64,000 bases of DNA, taken from Thermodesulfobacteriota bacterium. Its GTDB lineage: Bacteria; Desulfobacterota_D; UBA1144; Nemesobacterales; UBA2774. Positions 37,954-47,596 of the stretch are shown here, in pieces. Position numbers and translations under genes: made by a program. The notes beneath the pieces were generated by a model. It ran no database searches. It had not been told where the DNA came from and saw only the letters and a list, made by a program, of their open reading frames with translations. The stretch lies in the NCBI GenBank assembly GCA_035325995.1, contig DAOKYU010000008.1:6897-70896 (forward strand). Direction: 5' to 3'. Position 1 is the stretch's first letter; every line of letters begins with the position of its first letter.

Positions 37954-38565
37954 TTAGCGCTGATTAGTCTGCGTTCCTTTGCTATACTCCTCGACGAACG
38001 AAACCAGCTCCGGGAAAAACGCCCTGAAATTCTCCTCCAGGGCATTGTAGTTGCGGGATATCTCATCCACAGCGCCCGGGAGGCTGTTCTTCCTCCCGAA
38101 CCTCCTCTCGACCCTGACGGCTATCCTGTCGAGCGCCCGCCCGATCCCGTCGAGCCGTCTGTACGATCCGAGCCAGTCCTCTTCTATCATAAACCTGAGA
38201 ACCTCTCTCGGCCTCGGGGGCATGAGCCCCGCGTTAGCGGCAAGCAGGCTGTAAGTCCTCTGGATGAAATCCCCGAGCGGGAGCTCCGAATAGTCGCCCC
38301 AGTTCAGGGCGAGAATGTGGTCGAACGCGAGGTCTACGATGATCCCCGAGAACCTTCTTCGCTCCCGGCTTACGAGCCTCTTCGAGCTAATGACGCGCTC
38401 GTGCGAATCGGTAAAGGCGTCGATCTTTCTGTGGGTTCTGATTCCCTCGGCCACGCCGGGCGGGAATTCGTCCCCTATGCGCCCCTTAACGAAATCCCCG
38501 AGCATGTTGCCGACGAGGGACTCCTCGGAATCCCCGGCCAGGTACATGTGCGCGAGGTAATTCAC
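37954..38565 (-). CDS. acpH: acyl carrier protein phosphodiesterase
   Basis: MNYLAHMYLA...GNMLGDFVKG...GIRTHRKID...DLAFDHIL is collinear with the AcpH N-terminus and HD-like core. Confidence 0.8.
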   Translation of the reverse strand: MNYLAHMYLAGDSEESLVGNMLGDFVKGRIGDEFPPGVAEGIRTHRKIDAFTDSHERVISSKRLVSRERRRFSGIIVDLAFDHILALNWGDYSELPLGDFIQRTYSLLAANAGLMPPRPREVLRFMIEEDWLGSYRRLDGIGRALDRIAVRVERRFGRKNSLPGAVDEISRNYNALEENFRAFFPELVSFVEEYSKGTQTNQR

Positions 38566-38626
38566 CGCATCCTCCCGGCTTCGTCCATGCCCGAACGCCC
38601 TGTGCGCCGTCCCGTTCCAGGGGCCG

Positions 38627-39094
38627 TCAGTCCGCTATATCCACGAGCTCGACGTCGAATATCAGCGTCGAGTTCGGCGGTATGACCGGGGGGAATCCCC
38701 TCTCCCCGTATCCGAGAGACGGGGGGATTATAAGCTGGCGCTTTCCGCCTTCCTTCATGTCGGCGATGCCCTCGTCCCATCCCTTTATCACCTGCCCGAC
38801 GCCGAGCGTAAACTCTATGGGCTCGCCCCTCTTCACCGAGCTGTCGAAAACGGTGCCGTCCTCCAGCTTTCCGGTGTAATGAACCTTCACCTTCTGCCCC
38901 GTCTTCGGCTTCTCTCCCTGTCCTTCCTCTATTATTATGTACTCGAGTCCAGAATCGGTCTTCATAACCTTGCCCTCGCTTTTCTGTTGGTCTTTGTTCT
39001 GCTCGTCTGCATTCGCGTATGCGGTCATAAGGCCGAGGGCCATGATTGCTAATATTGCAAATGCGGTAATTTGTCCCGGATACCTCTTAAGCAT
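38627..39094 (-). CDS. FKBP-type peptidyl-prolyl cis-trans isomerase (secreted)
   Basis: Signal peptide, then an FKBP domain ([16 protein letters not shown]...[17 protein letters not shown]...[10 protein letters not shown]). I prefer the start at 39094 ([21 protein letters not shown]) over the longer ORF to 39181. Confidence 0.85.
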   Translation of the reverse strand: MLKRYPGQITAFAILAIMALGLMTAYANADEQNKDQQKSEGKVMKTDSGLEYIIIEEGQGEKPKTGQKVKVHYTGKLEDGTVFDSSVKRGEPIEFTLGVGQVIKGWDEGIADMKEGGKRQLIIPPSLGYGERGFPPVIPPNSTLIFDVELVDIAD

Positions 39095-39471
39095 TCGTGC
39101 CTCCTTTGGCGTGGGGATTGTTTCTCGTGCCTGCCCCCGATTGAGAAACTCTACCTGATTAAGCCTGTCCGGGCCAAACAATCTTCCTTCCTCCCGTGTA
39201 TGGAGGGCGAACAGCCCGCACCCGCGCGCCGCATTTCAGTTGTATATATATACGGTAAGTGCCGGGAATACGGCCGAAACCCCATTATTATAAATTACCG
39301 CCGCATGTCCCCGACGCCGTCCCGTACTGTTTGCGCCGCTTTGACCGTCTCTTCCCCATTTTTCGATAATCTACGGTTTCTTATGCTCTTTTTCTATTTC
39401 GCAGCCCTCTTCGCAGCACAAAATCCGGGCGATTCTTCTCCATATTTTCTTCGCTTGTGCGAAGAAAAGCA

Positions 39472-39500
39472 TTGACAAGCCCCCTTTACCCTGTATTAAT
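39472..39500 (+). promoter_or_regulatory. sigma70-like promoter (TTGACA-17-ATTAAT) for the crotonase gene, with an adjacent 8-bp inverted repeat
   Basis: TTGACA at 39472-39477, 17-nt spacer, ATTAAT/TATTAA at about 39495-39500. A perfect inverted repeat TTCTTCGC-TTGT-GCGAAGAA at 39448-39467 lies immediately upstream. Confidence 0.4.
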
Positions 39501-39546
39501 ATCACTTTAGACAGAGCCCTGCCAAACCATAATGAGGAGGAGTCTC

Positions 39547-40332
39547 ATGGGATTCAAATACATACAGTTTCAAAAGGAGCCTAACGGCATCGGCATTCTG
39601 ACCATTAACAGGCCGAACGTCCTGAATGCCCTTAACTGGGATACGCTCAGCGAGCTTAAGGTATTCCTCGAAGACATACTTCCCGGTGAGGAATTAAAAG
39701 CGCTCATCGTCACGGGTGCCGGGGAAAAGGCCTTCGTCGCCGGCGCCGACATCGCGCAGATGAACGAAATGAAAGAGAGGGACTTCCAGGAGTACGTCGA
39801 TACAGCGCACAGGGTATACGAGCTCATCGAAAACAGCTCCTGCCCCTCGATCGCGGCCATTAACGGCTACGCCCTCGGGGGCGGCTGCGAGCTTGCCCTC
39901 GCGTGCGACATAAGGATAGCGTCCGAAAAGGCCCGGCTCGGATTCCCCGAGGTAAAGCTCGGCATATTCCCGGGATGGGGCGGCACGCAGCGCGTAACGA
40001 GGGTCCTCGGCCTCGGGAAAACGAAGGAGCTCGTATTCACGGGCGAGATGATCGACGCCAACGAAGCCCTCAGGATCGGCCTCGTCGAAAAGGTCGTCCC
40101 CCACGACGAAGTGATGAAGGAAGCGAGAGACCTGGCCGGCGCGATAGCCAAAAGGGGCCCCATTGCAGTCAGGATGTCCAAGACCGCCATTAACGCCGGC
40201 TCCGAAATGGACCTTCAGAAGGCGCTCCTTCTCGAAAAGACGCTCGTCTCCCTCTGCTTCGACTCCGAGGACAGGATAGAGGGCATGAACGCCTTTCTCG
40301 AAAAGAGAGAGCCCCTCTTTACCGGCAGATAA
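39547..40332 (+). CDS. enoyl-CoA hydratase (crotonase family)
   Basis: ILTINRPNVLNALN...VTGAGEKAFVAGADI...INGYALGGGCELALACDIRIA is the crotonase signature. RBS GGAGGAG. Confidence 0.88.
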   Translation: MGFKYIQFQKEPNGIGILTINRPNVLNALNWDTLSELKVFLEDILPGEELKALIVTGAGEKAFVAGADIAQMNEMKERDFQEYVDTAHRVYELIENSSCPSIAAINGYALGGGCELALACDIRIASEKARLGFPEVKLGIFPGWGGTQRVTRVLGLGKTKELVFTGEMIDANEALRIGLVEKVVPHDEVMKEARDLAGAIAKRGPIAVRMSKTAINAGSEMDLQKALLLEKTLVSLCFDSEDRIEGMNAFLEKREPLFTGR

Positions 40333-40544
40333 TACGATAACGAGCTCGCCGGTCCGTGTCCGCACGGGCCGGTGCCCAAAGCCTTTCCTCCACCTTCCGG
40401 CGGGCTGTTCCGAGCGCCGGGATCTTTCCCCACTTGATGCCCGTTTTGCCCGCACGTATTCAGGTTGACAAAAAAACCATTAGGAATAAAATCTATAATC
40501 CTCAGTTTTCACAGCGGAAATTCACGGAGTCCGGGAGGTTTTCG

Positions 40545-41300
40545 ATGCTTGAACAGATGCACGATTTGAGCGGCAAGGTTGCCGTAGTGACCGGTGGGTC
40601 GAGGGGTATAGGAAAGTCCATTTCCCTGGCTCTGGCCGAAGCCGGCGCCGATATACTCCTTAACTATTCCCGCAGCGACAAGGAAGCCGACAAGATAAAA
40701 AAGGAGATCGAAAAGCTCGGCCGCAAATGTGTGACGGTAAGGGCGAACGTCGCGAATTTCCAGCAGGCCCAGGGCCTCGGCCTCGCCGCGAAGAACCACT
40801 TCGGCCGCGTCGACATACTCGTCAACAACGCCGGCATCAACCGCGACAGGACGCTCAAGAGAATGACTTTCGAGCAGTGGAACGAGGTAATACAAACGAA
40901 CCTTTCGAGCGTCTTTAACTGCACCAAGGCCGTCCTCGACCTCATGTCCGAGCACGGCGGCGCAATTATTTCCATATCCTCCATCATCGGCGAGATGGGT
41001 AACCTCGGCCAGTGTAACTACGCTGCGACAAAGGCGGGCATCATCGGGTTCACGAAAACGATGGCGAAGGAGCTCGCCAAGAGCAATATACGCGTAAACG
41101 CCATAGCCCCGGGCTTCGTCGAAACGGACATGCTCGGGACCGTCCCCGAGGACATCCGCGATCAGATTAAAAAGGAGATTGCGCTCGGCAGGTTCGGCAC
41201 CCCCGAAGAAATCGCCATGGCCGTTGTCTATCTATCCTCTCCGGCCGCGAGCTGGATAACGGGCGTAACGCTCCGTATAAACGGCGGGCACTACATCTAA
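40545..41300 (+). CDS. fabG: 3-oxoacyl-[ACP]/acetoacetyl-CoA reductase (SDR family; FabG/PhaB-like)
   Basis: TGGSRGIGKSI cofactor motif, NNAG, and the catalytic S...YxxxK (NYAATKAG). I place the start at the ATG at 40545 after GGGAGG; the ORF-track start at 40356 looks like an over-extension. Confidence 0.88.
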   Translation: MLEQMHDLSGKVAVVTGGSRGIGKSISLALAEAGADILLNYSRSDKEADKIKKEIEKLGRKCVTVRANVANFQQAQGLGLAAKNHFGRVDILVNNAGINRDRTLKRMTFEQWNEVIQTNLSSVFNCTKAVLDLMSEHGGAIISISSIIGEMGNLGQCNYAATKAGIIGFTKTMAKELAKSNIRVNAIAPGFVETDMLGTVPEDIRDQIKKEIALGRFGTPEEIAMAVVYLSSPAASWITGVTLRINGGHYI

Positions 41301-41334
41301 AGCTTACGAGTGGGATAATACAGGATTTAAAACT

Positions 41335-41365
41335 AAAGCGGCGGCTTATAAGCCGCCGCTTTTTT
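41335..41365. terminator. bidirectional intrinsic terminator between fabG (+) and phaC (-)
   Basis: GCGGCGGCTT-ATA-AGCCGCCGC hairpin, flanked by AAA upstream and TTTTTT downstream. Confidence 0.65.
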
Positions 41366-41386
41366 ATGTCGGTGAAGTTACTTTTT

Positions 41387-42460
41387 TCAGTTAGACCTTT
41401 CTATAATCCAGTCGGAAACTTCAGGCCATAGCCCCTTTAGCGATTTTCCGCTCACGGAAAGCCCTATGTGCCCGGCGGGGAAGACGATGGTCTTCTTGTC
41501 CTTGCTTGAGACGAGGTCGTTGAAAACTATGCTCGACGCCGGCGGCACCAGGTGGTCGTTTTCGGCTATCAGGTTGAGGACGGGACACGTTATATCTTTC
41601 AGGTGAACCGGCTTTCCGTTTATCTTGAGCTTGTCCTCGACGAGCTGGTTCTCCTGATACAGGTACTTTATGAACTCCCTGTATACCTCGCCCGCGACGG
41701 GTATGTTGTCGTTGAGCCACTTTTCCATGGCGAGGAAGCTCTCCAGGAAAGCCTCGTTGTCAACGTTCTCGTAAAAGTTCACGTATTTCGAAACGAGGTT
41801 CTGTATCGGCTTCATTATAAGAAATCCCGATTGGAGGAAATCGGCCGGCGCATTGCCGTAAGCGTCGACGAACTTGTCCACGTTGAAATTCGGCCTGTCG
41901 CCCCACAAATTAAGCGTGCCGTCCACCTTAAAATCTATGCCGGCGGTCATGAGTATCAGGTTCCTCACCTCTTCGGGGTGAAGCGCGGTGTACATGGCCG
42001 ACATGGTCCCTCCCATGCAGTATCCGAGTATGTTCACCTTGTCCGAGCCCGAGTGCTTCTTCACCCTCTGCACTACCTTGTGTATGTATCTGTTTATGTA
42101 GTGGTTGAGGTCGAGGTCCTTGTCCTCGTCTCCGGGCGAGCCCCAGTCTATGAGATAAACCGGGATCCCCTTTTTAAGGAGCACCTCGACGACGCTTCTT
42201 CCGGGCATGAGGTCGAGTATGTAGGGTCTGTTAACGAGTGCGAATACCAGTATGAGGGGCGTTGAGCAGGCTTCCTCCGTCTGCGGGTAATAGTGCAGGA
42301 GCCTCAGCTTGTTCTCGGTGAATATCACCTCGTGCGGGCTCGTGCCCACTTCGACGTCCGGCGGATTTAGAAGCGTTATGTCGAGCGCCTTCAGGAATTT
42401 CTCCCTCGCCTTCTCTACTTTGTCTAAAGCTGGAATGAATTTTGTGGATTTTATCGTCAT
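41387..42460 (-). CDS. phaC: poly(3-hydroxyalkanoate) synthase catalytic subunit, class III/IV
   Basis: 357 aa, lipase box GYCMGG, collinear with class III PhaC (LILVFALVNRPYILDL...VYLIDWG...DITCPVLN...PAGHIG). Confidence 0.88.
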   Translation of the reverse strand: MTIKSTKFIPALDKVEKAREKFLKALDITLLNPPDVEVGTSPHEVIFTENKLRLLHYYPQTEEACSTPLILVFALVNRPYILDLMPGRSVVEVLLKKGIPVYLIDWGSPGDEDKDLDLNHYINRYIHKVVQRVKKHSGSDKVNILGYCMGGTMSAMYTALHPEEVRNLILMTAGIDFKVDGTLNLWGDRPNFNVDKFVDAYGNAPADFLQSGFLIMKPIQNLVSKYVNFYENVDNEAFLESFLAMEKWLNDNIPVAGEVYREFIKYLYQENQLVEDKLKINGKPVHLKDITCPVLNLIAENDHLVPPASSIVFNDLVSSKDKKTIVFPAGHIGLSVSGKSLKGLWPEVSDWIIERSN

Positions 42461-42540
42461 TTTTTTTCGGCCTCCCCGGCCCTTGATTTTTGAATGCCGG
42501 CCGTGCGTCGTATGAAATTACGGATATGAGCGGTGCCCGT

Positions 42541-42993
42541 TTATTTCTTCTTCCGCGTGCTTGCGGCGGGCGGCGGTGTGCTTACATCGTCCAGCTTGTC
42601 GGTAAGATCGTTGATTTTTTCCTCGAGGTTGTTTATCGAAGAGAGCACACGCTCAATGTCGGTCTTGGTCGGGAACCTCATGTTCCTGAGCACCTTCTCG
42701 GCGGCTTCGTCGAAGCGCTTCTTGAGGTCGGACGATCCCTCGACGGCCTTTCCTATGTTTGCGGCGAAAAGGGGGCTGTTCACCCACTTCTCCAGTATCT
42801 CCGAGGACGATTTTTCCCAGGCGTCGTAAAACTTTTTATACTGCTCCATGGGGTCGTAATCTTCCGCCTCTTCGACGCCGGTTTTTACGATCGGGTTTTT
42901 CTTCCACACGTCCATGGCCTCGGACATGGTCTTTTCCCACGCCTCGTAAAGTTTCTTGTATTGCTCTGAATAATCGAAGCTTTCGCTGCTCAT
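42541..42993 (-). CDS. PhaE/PhaR-like PHA synthase accessory subunit (paralog 2, internally duplicated N-motif)
   Basis: Two copies of the Trp-rich motif (EQYKKLYEAWEKTMSEAMDVWKKNPI / EQYKKFYDAWEKSSSEILEKWVNSPL), then a coiled coil and a Lys-rich tail. Sits immediately upstream of phaC on the same strand. Confidence 0.6.
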   Translation of the reverse strand: MSSESFDYSEQYKKLYEAWEKTMSEAMDVWKKNPIVKTGVEEAEDYDPMEQYKKFYDAWEKSSSEILEKWVNSPLFAANIGKAVEGSSDLKKRFDEAAEKVLRNMRFPTKTDIERVLSSINNLEEKINDLTDKLDDVSTPPPAASTRKKK

Positions 42994-43361
42994 TATTTCT
43001 TCTCCTTGGCTTTTCTCGCCGGTTTCTTGGCCGCGGTTCTCTCGGTCGCGGTCTTGGCGGGCCTCGACTCAAGGCCCGCTATCTTCTGTTCGAGCTCGGC
43101 TATTTTCGCTTCGAGCGAGTCTATCGTATCAACCAGGCGGTCCATCTCCATCCTTTGGGGCGAGCACCTGGTTTCGAGCGTCTGCTCTATAAAGCCGTGT
43201 ATGTAGTCCTTGAACTCCGACGATTTTTCGACAGCCCTGTCCATGAGCGGGCTGTTCATCCATACGTCCATCATCTTGTTCGTGGACTCTTCCCACGATT
43301 CGTAGAGTTTCTTGAAGTATCCGAAGTAATACATTTCGGCGTACTCTTTCTGTTTGCTCAC
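42993..43361 (-). CDS. PhaE/PhaR-like PHA synthase accessory subunit (paralog 1)
   Basis: Single copy of the same motif (FKKLYESWEESTNKMMDVWMNSPL), a coiled coil, and a K/A-rich basic tail (AKKPARKAKEKK). Confidence 0.6.
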   Translation of the reverse strand: MSKQKEYAEMYYFGYFKKLYESWEESTNKMMDVWMNSPLMDRAVEKSSEFKDYIHGFIEQTLETRCSPQRMEMDRLVDTIDSLEAKIAELEQKIAGLESRPAKTATERTAAKKPARKAKEKK

Positions 43362-43462
43362 TACTTACCTCCGGCCCGATCGGCCATCCGATTTTATAAA
43401 CTCGCTACCTATATTATACTATATAACCCCGTCCGGGGAGAAACCCCCGGGCCAGGTCTTAT

Positions 43463-43885
43463 TTAATGCGAGAGCGAGCTCACGAACCTGTCCATGGCGG
43501 AAAAAGCCCTCTCCGCCGACTTCTGATTCAGGTCCAGTAATTCCTTCGTATAATTGTCGGAGGCTTTCTTAACGGCCGCGAAGCATCTGTTCTGGATTTC
43601 GAGCAGAAGGTCGAGCCCTCCGCCGATGTCCCACCTGGGGTACTCGCCGGGCATCGAGCCGATTGCGGACTTGACCTGCTCGGCGTATTCCTTCTGTATC
43701 CTGTTCAAATGCTCCAGCTGCGAATCCATGAACCGCTTATTCTCCTCTATCAACGAATGAGCAGCGTCGAGTCCTATGAGATAGTTTTCCTTTGCTATCC
43801 CGCTTATCTCTTTAAGAGCCTCACCGGAATTTCCGTTTGTAACCACTTCCGGGGTTACCGTCTTCTGCGCTTTACTTTTCGGCAT
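43463..43885 (-). CDS. phasin-family PHA granule-associated protein
   Basis: 140-aa, largely alpha-helical amphipathic protein at the head of the phaE-phaC gene string. Confidence 0.5.
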   Translation of the reverse strand: MPKSKAQKTVTPEVVTNGNSGEALKEISGIAKENYLIGLDAAHSLIEENKRFMDSQLEHLNRIQKEYAEQVKSAIGSMPGEYPRWDIGGGLDLLLEIQNRCFAAVKKASDNYTKELLDLNQKSAERAFSAMDRFVSSLSH

Positions 43886-44135
43886 GTGTTGACCTCTCCT
43901 TCAGTACAAATATAATCCGGCGAGGTCTTTTGTCAAGATTTTAGTTAGCAGTTGCACAATAATATTTCGTAATGATAGATATAGGATGCGTGCCGGGCTT
44001 TTCTCCAATCATAGCATTAGCGTAATTTCGGGATTTCTTGTGGATACGTGTGTAAACCTTGTTCGGCAGGCCCCGAAAACTGCATATTTGCCGCCGTCCC
44101 TGTAAATGCAGCCTCAAAACGGTAACCATATACCC

Positions 44136-45287
44136 ATGATCCGGCTCCTTCCAGGCCTTGTCCTCCTTTTCGGGCTTCTGATTCACGCCGCACCGGTGCA
44201 CTCCCAGCCGGCGGCTCCGCCCGGGGCGGCCGCCGATACCGGGCTTCCTCCCGGCGGCGAAACCTCCGTCGGGTGCCTTCTTCCCCTTAGCGGAAAGTAC
44301 GCGCCCGTCGGCGAGAGGGCGCTCAAGGGCATACTCACGGCGGCGGCGCAGGGCCCGGACGGTTACAGGCTCATAGTGAAGGACATCGGCAGCGAGGGGC
44401 AGAACCTTGCGTCGGCCCTCGACGAGCTCCTCGCCGTGCCCGGCCTCTCCTTCATAATCGGCCCCATCCCCTCTTCCTACGCCGCCGCCGCTGCGCGGGC
44501 CGGCCGCGCAAAAGTCCCCATGATAATATTCCCCGCCTCGGAAAGCGAATCCCGGGGCGGCCCGTATGTCGTCGAGTTCTTCTACCCGCTCGAAGAGCAG
44601 GCGAAGGTCCTCTCCTCCTACGCGGCCCGCGATCTCGGGGCGCGCGCGTTCGGAATCCTCTACCCCGAAACCCCCGCCGGAAGGGAGCTCGCCGCGCTTT
44701 TCAGGGAAGCCGCCACGGGATCGGGCGGTAAGATAGTCTACGAAAAGGGCTATCCCCCGGGGGCGGCCGACCTCTCCGGCGAAGCGGAGTGGATAGCCTC
44801 CATAAAACCCGACGCCATGTTCATACCCGACGGGGCTTCGGTCTCCGCCGAAATCATACTCCGCCTCAAGCAAAACCCCCGCCTCTCGGACGTCCTCTTC
44901 CTCGGCCCCGCGACGTGGAACAGTCCGCTCTTCCTAAAGCTCGCCGGCGGCGGGATCGACGGCTTCGTCTACAGGGCCGTCTATACCGACTTCTTTCACT
45001 TCGGCGACGGCGGCTGGCTCCGCTTCGGTAAGGATTTCGAGACGCAGCACGGTGAGAAGCCGGGCTCATTCGAATACCTTATATACGGCGGCGTTTCTCT
45101 CATGTTAAAAGCGGCGGACGGCGGTGGCGGCGACGGCCGGTCGTTCCTCGAATCGCTCGAAAAGCTCGCTTCGTCTCCGGAATATAGAGTAAAGAGGGAT
45201 AAGGCCGGGAGCCTTCGAATATCCCCCCTCCCGAGGATCCTCTCCGTTAGCAGGGGAGAGATTATCGAGATAATGAAGGTGAGGTAA
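44136..45287 (+). CDS. periplasmic substrate-binding protein (type I PBP fold; Leu/Ile/Val-binding-like), orphan
   Basis: Signal peptide (MIRLLPGLVLLFGLLIHAAPVHS), then a two-lobe PBP-I domain. No permease or ATPase genes adjacent. An alternative upstream ATG at 44106 lacks a signal peptide. Confidence 0.6.
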   Translation: MIRLLPGLVLLFGLLIHAAPVHSQPAAPPGAAADTGLPPGGETSVGCLLPLSGKYAPVGERALKGILTAAAQGPDGYRLIVKDIGSEGQNLASALDELLAVPGLSFIIGPIPSSYAAAAARAGRAKVPMIIFPASESESRGGPYVVEFFYPLEEQAKVLSSYAARDLGARAFGILYPETPAGRELAALFREAATGSGGKIVYEKGYPPGAADLSGEAEWIASIKPDAMFIPDGASVSAEIILRLKQNPRLSDVLFLGPATWNSPLFLKLAGGGIDGFVYRAVYTDFFHFGDGGWLRFGKDFETQHGEKPGSFEYLIYGGVSLMLKAADGGGGDGRSFLESLEKLASSPEYRVKRDKAGSLRISPLPRILSVSRGEIIEIMKVR

Positions 45288-45313
45288 AAGCGGGAGCGGA
45301 ATGGCTCGCCGGA

Positions 45314-46126
45314 CTAATACTCCAGGAAATCGTGCTGGCCCGGCGATATATAGCCGATTACGAATAGCGTGAACAGGATTATCCCGAAGCCGAGGACGGC
45401 GCCGAAGGCCGCCTTCTTCCCTTTCCAGCCCGAAGACAGCCTGCCGTGAAGGAGTATCGCGTAAAGGAGCCAGGTCACCATCGACCAGGTCTCCTTCTGC
45501 CCCCACACCCAGTACTCTCCCCATATCTCCTTTGCCAAAAGGAGCCCCAGCGCAAGCCCGAGCGTCAGCAGCGGAAATCCGGAAAGAAGGCATATGTGAT
45601 TTATCCTGTCTAGCGTGGTGAGCGACGGCAGTTTCCGGAGGAAGCTGCCCACGTGCTTCGATTTAATCTTCCTCTCCTCGAATATGTACAGCACCCCCGA
45701 TATGAAAGCCACCGTGAAGAGCGCCTCTCCCAGGAGTATAAGCACTATATGCACGAGCACCCACGGGTTCGTGAGCGAGGGGTCGTGCTCTATCATCCCC
45801 TTGGGCAGTATAACGTGCGGCAGCGTCATGATAAAAGCCAGGGGCGAGACGAAGGTCCCGATTATGGGGGCGTTGAACTTAAGCTGCGATCCTATGAACG
45901 CTATGGTGATGAAAAGGGCGAAGAGGTAAAGCGTGGTGTCGAGCCCGCCGGCTATGGGGATGCCCCTCACGAATAATATGCCGAGGCTCGCCGCCTGAAA
46001 TACGGTCCCGAGGACTACTATGTAGAACCCTATCCTGAGCCCGCTTTTCTGGTTCATGAAAAGGTAGCCCATGTAAAATAAGGTGGCCACGAAGTAGCAG
46101 AGAACAGGAATCCAGTAAAAGTCCAT
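45314..46126 (-). CDS. cytochrome c assembly protein family membrane protein (CcsA/HemX-like)
   Basis: 8 TM helices and the Trp-rich motif WGEYWVWGQKETWS, characteristic of the CcmC/CcsA/HemX family. Confidence 0.75.
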   Translation of the reverse strand: MDFYWIPVLCYFVATLFYMGYLFMNQKSGLRIGFYIVVLGTVFQAASLGILFVRGIPIAGGLDTTLYLFALFITIAFIGSQLKFNAPIIGTFVSPLAFIMTLPHVILPKGMIEHDPSLTNPWVLVHIVLILLGEALFTVAFISGVLYIFEERKIKSKHVGSFLRKLPSLTTLDRINHICLLSGFPLLTLGLALGLLLAKEIWGEYWVWGQKETWSMVTWLLYAILLHGRLSSGWKGKKAAFGAVLGFGIILFTLFVIGYISPGQHDFLEY

Positions 46127-46242
46127 GTCTATATTCTATTAATCGTTGTCGTTAAATACAATAAAAGCTTCTGAATTATGAAACTTTCAGGTCTGTCCGG
46201 CGCCGGGCGGGACTGCCCGGAATGGCGGGTGGCGCGTGCCGG

Positions 46243-47316
46243 TCAGGAATACGCCGCCTGTTTCAGGATTTCGGTCTGGTAATAGGCCGTCAGGGCATCG
46301 ACCAGCTCGTCGAGCTCCCCGTTCAGTATAGCCTCTATCTTATATAAGGTAAGCCCGATCCTGTGGTCCGTTATCCTGCCGTCCCTGTAGTTATAGGTCC
46401 GTATCTTCTCGCTCCTGTCCCCCGTACCGACGAGGCTCTTTCTCGCGCTGGCTATCTCGTTCCTCCGCTTCTCCTCTTCCATCTCGTAGAGCTTCGCCCG
46501 GAGCATCCTCATCGCGTGGGCCCTGTTCTTGTGCTGAGACCTCTCGTCCTGGCACTGTACGACTATTCCCGTCGGGAGGTGCGTTATCCTTATCGCCGAG
46601 TCGGTCTTGTTCACGTGCTGCCCGCCCGGCCCGGACGCCCTGTAGGTGTCGATCTTGAGCTCCTTCTCGTCTATGTCCACCTCTACCTCGTCCGGCTCGG
46701 CAAGGATCGCGACCGTGGCGGTGGACGTATGGATCCGCCCGCTGGTCTCCGTGGACGGCACCCTCTGCACCCTGTGCACGCCGCTCTCGTACTTCATGCG
46801 GCTGTAGACGTTCTTCCCCTCTATCGCGGCCACCACTTCCTTTATCCCGCCTATGCCCGTCTCGCTTATGCTTATCACCTCGACCTTCCACCTTCTGGCC
46901 TCGGCATACTTCGAGTACATCCTGAAGAGGTCCGCCGCGAACAGGGCCGCCTCGTCGCCGCCGGTGCCGGCCCTTATTTCGAGGAAGACGTTTTTTGCGT
47001 CGTTAGGGTCCTTCGGCAAGAGCAGTGTCCTGAGCTCGTTTTCGAGCCGGGCCAGCTCTCCCTCCAGCTCCTCGAGCTCCTCGCGCGCAAGCTCCCCGAG
47101 GTCCCTGTCCTTCAGAAGGGCCCTGTTCTCCTCTATTGTTTCGAGCGTTTTCTTATAGCTCCTGTACGTCTCGACTATCTCGTCGAGGTCCGAAAGTTCC
47201 TTGGAATACTTATGAATTTCCGTCGGACTGATGTCGGGACTGTTTAAATTTCGCTCTATTTCGAGGTACTTTTGCTCGACTTCCTCGAGCCGCTTGAGCA
47301 TACCGGTTTCTGGCAT
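46243..47316 (-). CDS. prfA: peptide chain release factor 1
   Basis: GGQ motif ([19 protein letters not shown]) and an RF1-type PxT tripeptide (PST). Confidence 0.95.
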   Translation of the reverse strand: MPETGMLKRLEEVEQKYLEIERNLNSPDISPTEIHKYSKELSDLDEIVETYRSYKKTLETIEENRALLKDRDLGELAREELEELEGELARLENELRTLLLPKDPNDAKNVFLEIRAGTGGDEAALFAADLFRMYSKYAEARRWKVEVISISETGIGGIKEVVAAIEGKNVYSRMKYESGVHRVQRVPSTETSGRIHTSTATVAILAEPDEVEVDIDEKELKIDTYRASGPGGQHVNKTDSAIRITHLPTGIVVQCQDERSQHKNRAHAMRMLRAKLYEMEEEKRRNEIASARKSLVGTGDRSEKIRTYNYRDGRITDHRIGLTLYKIEAILNGELDELVDALTAYYQTEILKQAAYS

Positions 47317-47385
47317 TTCAGCCTAATATCATCACACATCTTGCATAAATTTCAAGATAAGATTAAACTTGTGATGTGTAAGACA

Positions 47386-47595
47386 ATGGAAACAATGGAT
47401 ATTCTAGAAGGCAAAATCAAAGAGGCTTTGTCGAGGAAAACAAAGCTCGAGGTGGAGCATAAAAACCTACTTGAGGAAGTGTCGAAACTCAGGGATAGTG
47501 TGAAGAAACTGGAAAAGGAAAGAGACGAAATAAGGCAGAAGCTCGACAGGGTTATAGAGAAGGTCGAGATATATTTGAGCAGGTCAGAGGCATAG
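47386..47595 (+). CDS. zapB: ZapB-like coiled-coil cell division protein
   Basis: 69-aa all-coiled-coil protein (METMDILEGKIKEALSRKTKLEVEHKNLLEEVSKLRDSVKKLEKERDEIRQKL), directly upstream of zapA. Confidence 0.55.
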   Translation: METMDILEGKIKEALSRKTKLEVEHKNLLEEVSKLRDSVKKLEKERDEIRQKLDRVIEKVEIYLSRSEA

Positions 47596-47596
47596 G

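Noticed and set aside
44081-44112. Imperfect inverted repeat CTGCATATTT...AAATGCAG just upstream of the substrate-binding-protein gene
   Set aside because: The arms are imperfect (one-base bulge), and the repeat overlaps the alternative upstream ATG of the ORF. Insufficient evidence for an operator.
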